A DNA stretch of 64,000 bases from assembly GCF_006345805.1 (NCBI RefSeq), contig NC_043011.1, forward strand, positions 1,426,001 through 1,490,000. The letters run 5' to 3'. The stretch comes from Octopus sinensis (lineage: Eukaryota). This document shows, piece after piece, positions 25,964 through 36,891 of the stretch; position 1 is the first letter of the stretch, and every line of letters starts with the position of its first letter. The notes under the pieces are model-generated. The model searched no databases, was not told the DNA's origin, and saw only the letters and a list, made by a program, of their open reading frames with translations. A program made the position numbers and the translations under genes.

Positions 25964-26061
25964 CTTGTTTTATTTATATTTCCTGAGCGCCATACTAATA
26001 CAATTGTTCGTTTGTTTTCCACCTGCCTTCGTCTTTTGTTTATTTTCATAAAGCTTCCCGT

Positions 26062-26111
<50 letters not shown>

Positions 26112-27532
26112 TGAATATTTGTGTGTCTGTGTTTGTCCCCCTAGCATTGCTGGTGTATTTATGTCCCCGTCACTTAGCGGTTTGGCAAAAAGAGACCGAT
26201 AAAGAATAAGTCCCGGGGTTGAGTTGCTCAATTAAAGGCGGTGCTCCAGCATGGCTGCAATCAAATGACTGAAACAAGTAAAAGAGTATCTCTATAAAGC
26301 TAACAGAGCCAATTTCTCTATATGCATGTATGTGTATGCTATTACTTTCTTTCCATATCATATCTCTTATTCTCTGAAATTAGATTCTACTAGATACATT
26401 CTGGTAAAAGTGGGATTTAATCCTGGTCTGCAAATTCCATGATACTTAGTGGAGTCTTTGTTTGATTCATTTCATAACTCCTTGAACCTGTATTTTGCAG
26501 ATGTAGGCTACCTGATTTGTCCACAGTATCATAAGTGTCAGCAATGTATTTGCTCATTGTTAAAGATGTTTCCAAAGTCTCTGGGATGCTGAGACCATTT
26601 CTGCATGATGTTAATTCAGATGGAGAAAGTGCCATGAGTTTAATTTCCTTAGAGCTTTATCTTCAAGCTTCTTTAACCATGAAGTAACATTTTTGGGACA
26701 AATGGAGGCTGGCTAGATTGCAAGAGAATTTTGGTCTCATTGTCTGATGTGCTCTACCTTGGCACCTTTTTTATTGTATAGATAGTGATGACAGGTCTGA
26801 CAGTGAGATTTGAAACCTTTGGCAGAATATGGACTCAAAATATGAAGAACCAGAAAACACTATTGCATGGTATTGCATTCAACTTGAAACTGGCACTTTG
26901 TTTAACAACTCTGCAGGAATGCAACATTAACCTTAGCAAAATTAAACTAAGAGAGCAGATAACTGGATCAAATACTGCAAGACATTATTTCCAATGATGT
27001 GATACCCTAACTTCATACTAGACATACAGTATAATGTAAAAATCTTTGATAATGTCTGGAGTTTATTTGAATTTCTTTTAGTTTGTAATTTTAGAATTAG
27101 TACATTTTCATTTTCTGTTTAATGGTAATAGCAGTAAAGGTATTGAAATTTATTGCTAGTAGATGATTGTGATTCCATCAAAATTGAAATATCTGTGTGT
27201 GTCTGTGTGTGTATGTAATATTATTATAAACCCACAATTTTTGTTAAATACAGTTATCCAGGGTTTCCTTGTCAAAATAATAACACATTCCTGGGTAGCT
27301 ATATTTAACAAGATTTGTGGTATTTATTATAACATTATCTTTACTCTCTTAGCTGTTTGAGTGCTATTCTACTTGTTGAAGCATTATCACGTAATTTATA
27401 TATATATATTTATATGGCTGTGTAGTTAAGTGTCTTCTACTATATACCCAGACTGACTAATGCCTTATATAAGTTAAATTTTTAGTTAATGGAAAGTGTG
27501 TGGAAGCCTGTCATAAACATAGAGATATATAT

Positions 27533-27609
<77 letters not shown>

Positions 27610-27626
27610 CATATGTGTGTGTGTGT

Positions 27627-27680
<54 letters not shown>

Positions 27681-27894
27681 GTATGTATATATGTAATCAT
27701 TGCCATTATCATCATTTTCAAATCTACTATTCCATGCTTGCATCATTTGAATAGAATTTATTGAGGTAAATTTTCTACAGTCAGATGCCATTCCTGTCAT
27801 TAACCTTCACCTTTTTCCAAGTAAGGTAATATTTCTCTATGGCTAGATATGTTTGTACAGAATATTGGAAATGAACGACACTGCTTGTATGACA

Positions 27895-29640
27895 ATTTCA
27901 TCATCATTGCTTAACATCTGATTTCCATGCTGGACTGGGTTGGATGGTTCAACAGACAAACTCCAATTGCCTGTTATGGCATGGTTTCTGCAGCTGGATT
28001 CCCTTCCTACCACCAACCACTTTACAGAGTGTGCTGGGTGCTTTTTATATACCACTGGTATGGGTGCATTAATGTAGCACTCATGTGAATACATTTTATG
28101 TAGCTCTGACACCTGCAAAATACAAGCTTGTATTGGTGGCAATGATTTTACTTAGCTTGACACAACACATCTTTTCAAGTACAATAAATTGCTGCAACTT
28201 GCAGTCCCTTGTCATTTTCTCAGTGAAGCCCAGACTCTGAAGATCCTTTCTCACCATTCTGTTCCACGTCTTCCTCGGTCTACTCTTTCCAAAAATTCCC
28301 TCCACAATTAGAACTTGGCATTCTTTTAACACTTTCATTACCAACATGGCCGAAACTGCCTCTGGCTCTGTAGTACAAATGTCTTGTTTTCTTAAGTTTT
28401 GAATTAGAATCTTCCACCAAACCTTTGTCACAATTTATGTTACTGACACTGGCTAAATGGTAACTAAGTTATTTTTCTAAATTCTTTGTCATATTTAAAA
28501 TAATTGAAAGAAGCACAGAGCATCACAAAATAGATACGGTAATGAAAGGGTTAAGCAGCTGTCTTCATCCATACACATCACATGACCAAACAAGTGCAGT
28601 CGTCTCTCTTGCACACAACAGCTGATGCCTCTTATACCCAGTTTTCTTCTTAAATAATTTACACTCTCTTGTGCATGCACAATAACATTACCCATCCAGC
28701 AGAGCATGCTAGCTTCATTTCTTTCAAGCCTTTGCAAGAACTCTGTAGTCAAAGCCCATAATTCACTTCCATGTAGCATAGCTGTACATACAAAAGCATC
28801 ATACAATCTGCTATTCACTCTGAGGTAGAGGCCCTTAGTCAGCAACAAAAGTTGTAGTTCTCTGATCTTTACCAAACCCATTCTTATTCTTGTAATTACA
28901 CTTTCAGAACTTCCACCTCCACAGCTAACTTGGTCTCCTTGGTAATAGAAGCTATCTACTACTTCTAATGATTCTCCTCAAGTATTTGAGGGAGTTTATT
29001 GTTCGCACATTTTTAGTGCTTTTTGTAGCTGCACATTTGCAACACACAAAGACTATATTTTCTGTTAACCTTCCTGTGATACTGCTACACCTCTTATATG
29101 TCCAAAGCTTGCACTGGGTACAATGTATGGAGTTTCTACCAACACGCTTCTTACATATCAAGCAGGGTTATCTTCCTGAAGGGACTTCTAATTTGTTTGT
29201 TGTCCTACTTATAAAGCACTTTGGTCTTTGCTCAATTAACTCTAAGGCCCTGAGATTCCAGGCCTTGCTTCCACACATGATATTTCTTCTCTAGGTCAAG
29301 TAGTGATTCAGCTAAAAGAACAAGGTCATCAGCAAAGAAGAGCTGTCAGGGCAACCAGGCTTGAATTTGTCTGTTAAAGTCTAGAGGACTAAGATAAACA
29401 AGACGAGGCTGCAAAGTGAACCTTGATGAAATCCTACACCCGTGCACTGAATTCATTGCTATACTTGTTTTCAATTTTCACCTTACTGGTAGCATCCCTA
29501 TACATGGCTTGTACAGCTCTCTTTAACCACTCACCTATTCTTAGCTTCTACATTGACCACCAGATAAGGGAACAGGGGCTCTGTTGAAGGCTTTCTCCAT
29601 GTTGACAAAAGCCAAGTACAGAGGTTTATCATTTACAATG
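27895..29640 (-). mobile_element. Decayed RTE-clade LINE (RT, PHD-like finger, C-terminus, 3' UTR)
   Basis: ICKKRVGRNSIHCTQCKLWTYKRCS; TAMLHGSELWAL..RNEASMLCWM; GKSRPRKTWNRMVRKDL. Confidence 0.9.
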
Positions 29641-29887
29641 TCAAGGCAGAGAGACACTAAGATTCACACACACCACCACCACCACCACACACACACCAGG
29701 GTTTTCAGTTTCCATCTTCGAAGTCCACTTACAAAGTTTTAGTTTTCTCAGGGCTATAGGATTAGACACTTGCCCAAGGTGCCATGTTGTGGGACAGAAT
29801 TTGAAACCTTGTGGCTGGAATCAGACTTCTTAACCATACAGTCATGCCTTTGCCTATAGGCTACACCTATGTGTGTGTATCTTTGTG

Positions 29888-30062
29888 TAACATCTGATTT
29901 CCAAGCTGGACTGGGTTGGATGGTTCAACAAACAAACTCCAGTTGCCTGTTGTGGCATGGTTTCTGCAGCTGGATTCCATTCCTACCACCAACCACTTTA
30001 CAGAGTGTGCTGGGTGCTTTTTATATACCACTGGTATGGGTGCATTAATGTAGCACTCGTGT
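29888..30062 (-). repeat. Local direct duplicate of the RTE 3' UTR segment at 27912-28086
   Basis: About 96% identical, sharing private changes such as cctaccaccaacc. Confidence 0.85.
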
Positions 30063-30821
30063 TTATGGTTGTGTCCCCCATGCACTGCTTGACAGCTGGT
30101 TAACTTCATTAACTCAACTTTTTTCATTGACCGTGCATGTAGGACACTCTCCTTCCAGCTCACCATGCAATTTGAAGAAGCAAATGCAATGCTCCACATC
30201 AAACAAAGCAAAGCTAGATAGGAAGACATTCTGTACCTTTACAGAATTCTTTACGAAAGCACATAATTTATGGTTGAAGCAAAACTCAAATCGTTTCCAT
30301 CACTAATAAACACGAAAACAGTATATCTTCTCTCTCTGCAAGTGTACATATTACACAATAATCAGAAGATTTGTCAAGCTCCAGTTTAGCAGACATTAAG
30401 AAAGTACAGGAAAAGATTTGTATTTTGGACATTCCAGATGAAAAAAAAAATGTTACATGAGAAATGAAAAAGATTCTGGGTACATTCACTGGGTACATTC
30501 ACTTGTCCTTCCATTCTTCTTTGCATCCTTGCAACTATTTTTAAGACAGGACACACACTGCCAACTATTGCTAGAGTTTAATGAAAGAATCCTGCGAGTT
30601 CTTTGGTTGGAATATTCTTCTCGGTATTAGTTCAGGTTCTTTTTGGCTGTTCTTTTTGGCTTTCTAAAGTAGATTCTTGCAATTTTTTATTTCCTCATCA
30701 TAAAATAATAGAAATTAAACATATTTCTTTTTCTTGAATTGTTTCTTAATACTCCATCTTCATTTGAGCATAACTGTTCTATATCTTTTCATTTGTAGCA
30801 ACTATCATGTCAGATAAAGAC

Positions 30822-30935
30822 ATGTATGTATGTATGCATGTACTATGTATGTATGTATGTATGTATGTATGTATGTATGTATGTATGTATGTATGTATGT
30901 ATGTATGTATGTATGTATGTATGTATGTATGTATG
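30822..30935. repeat. (TATG)n microsatellite
   Basis: Direct reading. Confidence 0.95.
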
Positions 30936-31179
30936 TGTGCATGTGTGCACATATGTATACATACATACATACATACATATATACATACACACATATACCA
31001 TATTATATATCAAGCAAATGTTGCCGTAATGAATGAAATATGCAAAAGATTTTTAATGAATTGAAAATTCTTTTGTAGTTTAGAGAAAGAAAGCAAAAGC
31101 CCAGTGGCAATCATTACTCTTTCTCTCTTACACACACACACACATACAAACACATACATACTCATATGAGAATGTGCAT

Positions 31180-32590
31180 AGATAATTGTGGTTTCTGTTA
31201 TTTAAAAATTCTATGCTTCGTTTGGAATAAACTTCTAATTAACTGTGTTCATATAGTTTGCCATTTAAAAGTGCAGATTCCAGTCTGTTGATTTATGTTA
31301 ATAGCAGGTTTCTTTCTTTTATACTTGGTTATTTTAGGCTATCAAATTTAAGATCAGAAACAAATAACGAACTATTTTTATTGAATGAGTTCAAAATGGA
31401 ATGCAAAATAGTGTTAACTGCTTGCAGTATCAACGAAACATTTGCTCAGAAATGTATCTATGGATGTATTACAGTTGACATTGATTCCACGAAATTTCAT
31501 AGTAAAGATAAAACCCTTTGAAGATGAGAAAAGTTATGGATGGTCTGTAAATGGACTGTGACAATTTTAGGCTATTATTACTGAAGCAAACAGACATTGA
31601 GCAACTTGCAAGATTACAGAAGTAAGTGTTGATCATTCCACAATTGTTAGCCATTTACACTACATTTCAAACCAAACAAGCTCAAGACCTGGGAGCTACA
31701 TGGTTTAAAGGAAAGTTTTTTTTTAATTCATGATTATGAAGTATGCTTTGCATTTCTTTTGTATATATGCAAGTGGGTACTGAAAAGTTCCTGGCTCTAA
31801 GAGTATCATGAGAGGCTTGGCTGGTGGCCCATCCTTCCAAGTTATTTTACAGGTATTTGAAAACCTGAAGGACTGCTGTAATAAGTGGGTGAATCTGAGA
31901 GGGTAATGTGTTCAATAAAATCATAATTAACTGATCCTCCTGTATTTTCTTTTACCCAAAGCCAGGAACTTTTCAACACCTCCTGTAAATTATTCATTCT
32001 TGATTGTATTGAAACTTGGCAGAATTTTGGGTTCTATCAGATGGACCAACAACATTTTCTTCAGTTGCTGGGCTGATGTGAACTTTTAAAGGACTTTTAC
32101 AAACAAAAGCTACTGTTTGGTGGTTGGCAAGTGGAATCATTCACTACAGTATCTTGAAATCAGCAGAGAAATATTGCTGCAAAATCAAGAACTGTGCTGT
32201 CTACATTTAGCATTAAGGAATCAACAAGGACCAGTTTTTTCTCCATGACACTACTTACCCATCACTTTTACCAATGACTCTGCATAAATTGGTCACAATA
32301 AGCTTTACAATGCTTCCTAAATCAGCTTACTTCTCAGAACTCTCCCTAGTTAACTACAACTTTCATAAGAATTTCAGTAAGTTTGTACCTAAGAAAGTTT
32401 TGATAATCAAATAGCAGCTCAAAAATCCTTTGAAGAATTCTCAGTTTCTAGAATAAATATATTTGATTCTTGTTGAGAAAAAAATGTGTATCCTAAAGGC
32501 TGTTATTTCAATTCAATGAATTCATTGTGAACTAAAATATATTGCTTTTAATGTGATAGCAAAAATATGCAATTATGCACCAACCTCACA
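31180..32590 (+). mobile_element. Decayed mariner transposon, interrupted by a MITE
   Basis: Remnants of FLLNEFK, VDHSTIVSHL, TVWWLASGIIHYS and a degenerate YSPDL-type motif; 3' TIR-like gcaccaacct. Confidence 0.75.
31766..31987. mobile_element. Non-autonomous mariner derivative (MITE), about 220 bp
   Basis: TIRs ..gtactgaaaagttcctggct / agccaggaacttttcaacacctcctgta with TA ends. Confidence 0.8.
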
Positions 32591-33060
32591 TGCATACACA
32601 TGCACCTACATACACACATGCATACGTGCACATAATATGATCAAACATCAACCATTTTGACTGATGGCTTTATCAAGTGTGATACACTTGAGAAGACTTT
32701 TGGTCAAAACTGTTGTATGGCAATTTACTATAAAAATATATGTACAATAACCTGCAGTTGCTTTATATAACGTGTATTATGAACTATCTTGGAGAATATC
32801 TACTTCATTTTACTCCTATTAAGGAAAAATACACACACACACACACATGCACACACACACACACATACGCACTCACACATGCACAATAATAAATAAATGA
32901 CAGAAGGACAGGAGTTTCAGATGGGTGTGAGGAAGTTATGTCACACAGGCATTCATCTCTAGGTGCATAGTTCCTCATAGCAAAAACAGCTGTAAGCTAA
33001 TGAAAGGGATAACTGCTGTTCTTTTGTCATTTATTTGTTAATTGATATTAAGCTCTGTAC

Positions 33061-33126
33061 TGTTGTGCTGCTTTATATAAGAGTGTAATGTGGAGAACAT
33101 CCGACCATTGTCAGACCTTACTAATA
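33061..33126 (-). CDS. Candidate 66-nt symmetric exon (LVRSDNGRMFSTLHSYIKQHN)
   Basis: Strong acceptor tttatatttcacAG, weaker donor gtacag, phase 1-1. Confidence 0.35.
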
Positions 33127-33170
33127 CTGTGAAATATAAATATGTTCAGTTCTAACAACTGTCTATTGGT

Positions 33171-33456
33171 ACTTTTACAAACAAAAGCTACTGTTTGGTG
33201 GTTGGCAAGTGGAATCATTCACTACAGTATTTTGAAATTGGCAGAGAAATATTGCTGCAAAATCAAGAACTGTGCTGTCTACATTTAGCATTAAGGAATC
33301 AACAAGGACCAGTTTTTTCTCCATGACATTACTTACCCATCACTTTTACAAAGGATTCTGCATAAATTGGTCACAATAAGCTTTACAATGCTTCCTAACT
33401 CAGCCTACTTCTCAGAACTCTTCCCAGTTGACTACAACTTTCATAAGAATTTCAGT
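33171..33456 (+). repeat. 286-bp direct duplicate of 32093-32378 (decayed mariner segment)
   Basis: About 12 substitutions, no indels, shared degenerate features. Confidence 0.92.
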
Positions 33457-33494
33457 GGCTAAGTGCAATCATAATAAGAGTGTGTGTGTGTATG

Positions 33495-33557
<63 letters not shown>

Positions 33558-34076
33558 TGTGTGTGTAGCCATGGAAACCATACCAAAGTAGACAGGGAAA
33601 CTTGGTGCAGTCCTCTGCCTCACCAGCTACTTCCAAACCATCCAACCTATGCTAGATGCAAAATGATGACGATGTCAATGATGATAATGATGATGTATAA
33701 ATAGATACATATATGACTGTGTACTTAAGAAGTTCAGTTTCCAACCACATCAGAACTCTCACTGTATGGCACCTTACACTATAGCCCTTTTGAATGTATT
33801 GGTTAGAAATAAAATAAAAACAACACAAAGGGATGGGGACAAATTTGATCAGTTGTCAACGGCAAATCATAAAAATATTTCAGTGTCTAAGCTGTCCATT
33901 CCAGTAGCATCTGCAACTCACTGGACTTTCGAGGTTAGAGACAAGTGTCCACAAAAAATGACTAAAGAGAAGTAAAAATGAGAATAAGTGAGTGTAGTAT
34001 AAGGGAAACGTACAAAATGAAACAAATAAGATCATAGTTAAGTGCCTTATGTTGTAGGTAATGTATTTCATTGCCT

Positions 34077-34318
34077 ACATGGAGAAAAACAGTTTAGCAC
34101 ATGGAGAAAAACAGTTTAGCACATGGAGAAAACAGTTTAGCACATGGAGAAAAACAGTTTAGCACATGCAGAAAAACAGTTTAGCACATGGAGGAAAACA
34201 GTTTAGTACATGGAGAAAAACAGTTTAGTACATGGAGAAAAACAATTTTGCACATGGAGAAAAACAATTTAGCACATGGATAAAAACAGGTTAGCACATG
34301 GAGAAAAATAGTTTAGTG
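34077..34318. repeat. 22-bp minisatellite (acatggagaaaaacagtttagc), about 11 copies
   Basis: Direct reading. Confidence 0.95.
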
Positions 34319-34556
34319 CATTGTTGCTCTGAACAAACCTACCATCTCCTGTCCCCTGCTTCATCTTCCTCTTTCTCTCTCAGCTTTCATGGTCACTAGA
34401 CATTTCTTTATATTTCTCTTTGTTTGTCGAAGACCACAAGGTGCTATACTATTCTTCTCCATGCATGGCTTTCTGTATTTTATTGACCAATTCATAAGAC
34501 AGTCTGTTATTATCTTCTTGACTGTGTTCTTGTGTATTTTTTCATTCAAAATTTGT

Positions 34557-34690
34557 CATTCATCATCATCGTTTAATGTCTGCTTTCCATGCTAGCATGG
34601 GTTGGACGATTTGACTGAGGTGTGACGAACAAGATAGCTGCACCAGGCTCCAATCTGATCTGGATGCCCTTCCTGACACCAACCATGTCA
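34557..34690 (-). mobile_element. RTE-family extreme 3' end fragment
   Basis: (CAT)n gtttaatgtctgctttccatgctagcatgggttggacg, as at 52062. Confidence 0.8.
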
Positions 34691-35338
34691 CTGAGTTAAT
34701 CCAACTTTGGTTGCTCAATTTTTAGCTTGCATCCTTGTAGCAATATGCTTTGGGCTGCCCTCTTGTAATCTTATTTCTAGTTAAAGTGAAGGAACATATG
34801 AATCCCTCTTTGTGGCGTCAATGATTCCAAGCCTAGTTAGAGCTATGTAGTGGGAATGCCCCTCAATATACATTTATCATTTATGATATATTACTTTTGC
34901 CACCAAAGAAGATTGCTAGTATTTACTTGGATTATTATCAATGTAAAAACTAATTTAGCACACTCATAAACACACATGTACATAGATACCATATATGAAT
35001 GAATATGCCAATGCACTCACATTTAGACATGAATGTTTCAAAAAAAAAAAAGAAAAACTGATCAAATAAAACTGCAGAATAAAAGAGAAAAGAGGCGACA
35101 AATTCGGCTAATGTATGATGCTTTAGTTTTTAGAACATTTTTAGCTTGCATAGAAATGAAACAAAAATGAAATGCTACCGTATTGGAATCACCATTAGTT
35201 TATCTATCATATAAATAGGTTTGATATCAATTTCTTGTGATGTGAATACATTCAATCTTCTCAGAAATTTGTATATGTTAACGTTTTTTTCACTATTTTA
35301 ATCTGCTTAAACATATAACAAGCATCATTGAACTTCAA

Positions 35339-35385
<47 letters not shown>

Positions 35386-36891
35386 CATGTGTGTGTGTAT
35401 GTGTGTGTGTGTGTGTGTGTGTGTAGATTTGAGAATATGGAGGAACTCACAAAGGGAAAGGAGCAATAGTAGCTTTCTTATTAACTTGCCTTTCATATGA
35501 GCTACTATTAGAAGTTCTAGAAACATTTATCTGCACTGCATTTTTTATGTAACATTTCTTTAAAGCCAAACCAGTTTTGTTTTATGGTGTCTCTCTTAAC
35601 TTGATCACATAGGTGATATGATTTCTTACAAAAATAACATTTTTATAGCAGTTAACTTATATGCTTGTGAACATTCCATACTGAAAATGGCTAACATTTA
35701 GTGGGTAGAAATGCAGTTGCTGCATGGTCAGTAAGAATGTCAGACTAATACTGGTATCTTATTGAGTGGACATAAATATTCTATATTTTTAAGAGCGGTA
35801 GAATAGTAGGTTGTGGTGATCATGTCTTTCTCTCGGAAGTTTACAAATGTAAAATGAAGTAAAATGTTTTTAACTGGTTCTTTGGAACAACACTAGCTTA
35901 TATTGTGCTGTGCAAAGTTTTCCATAGTTTAACAGTTAAGGAATTAAATTTAAGGCCATATGATATTTAGCTTCATTTCCCTCTATTTGCCTTTTTTTTT
36001 ATATATATATATATTATAAAACTCTGAGTATAAACTCTATCAGTAAAGCACAAGTAATGCCTCTGCAGTTCACTTTATTCCTCCTCTATAGCAATTAGTT
36101 TCATGCTTAAGGAATATCTAACAAATCATGTATTCTGTTAACACATTCTCAGGAATGTTGCCTTTGTATTCTATGAGGTTCTAAAATAGGTTTGAATTAA
36201 AAACTATTTTAATTACTTTTCTAAAGGGAAAACAGTTTTCAAAGTATATTTTGCAAAAAATTCTGAAAAATAATTCTGAAAAAATCTATTTGGAATTCAA
36301 TATTGATTTTAAACATTACCTCAAAGTCAGTATATGAGGCGTATTTGATTTAATTGCCTCTATTGTATCATAGGATAGGTGCTTATCTTATGGGTCCCAG
36401 AAGGATAAAGGTAAAGTCAACTCCAACAGGATTTGAATTTAGAGCATGAAGGTCATAACTAGATACTACAAGGCATTTAATTTAGCTGCTTCTGCCTTTC
36501 TCTACCTTCCGTTAGAGATAAATAGTCAATTATTATAGTCAATTTAATTAGCTGAATCATGTTTCAGGCACTTGTCCTGTTGACTCTGAAGAGATAAACA
36601 GAAGTGTGTGATTTTGATAGTAAATGAGCTCAGAACTAAAAGACAAAAAAAAAAAAATAATGGTAAATACTGGTTTCAAATTTTGGCAAAAACCAGCAGT
36701 TTTGGGGGAGATGGGGAAGTCAGTTGCATCGACCCCAATGTCTACCTGCTACTAATTTGTTGACCCCAAAAGGCAAAGCTGATCTCAATTATATTTGAAC
36801 ACAAAATGTAAAGATAGATGAAGTGCTGCTAAGCGTTTTAAACCTCATGCTAACAATTCAACCAGCTTGCCACCTTAAGGATAACAATAAA

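Larger units (their letters stand above)
24127..26061 (+). repeat. Tandem array of a 569-bp unit, 3.4 copies, about 99% identical
   Basis: ctctggccgaaatc at 24127, 24696, 25265 and 25834; the same short ORF recurs at 24305, 24874, 25443 and 26012. Confidence 0.97.
23937..26288 (+). mobile_element. Family A SINE split at its (TA)n hinge by the 569-bp array
   Basis: Head at 23937-24126 ends in (TA)n; hinge and tail resume at 26062-26288. Confidence 0.9.

Noticed and set aside
29867-30229. Apparent signal-peptide ORF MSSYLALLCLMWSIAFA..
   Set aside because: Runs straight into a duplicated RTE 3' UTR and lies in a frame-broken region; no support for a secreted protein
33085-33126. VRSDNG as a retroviral integrase DDE motif
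   Set aside because: No other integrase, LTR or gag-pol sequence nearby
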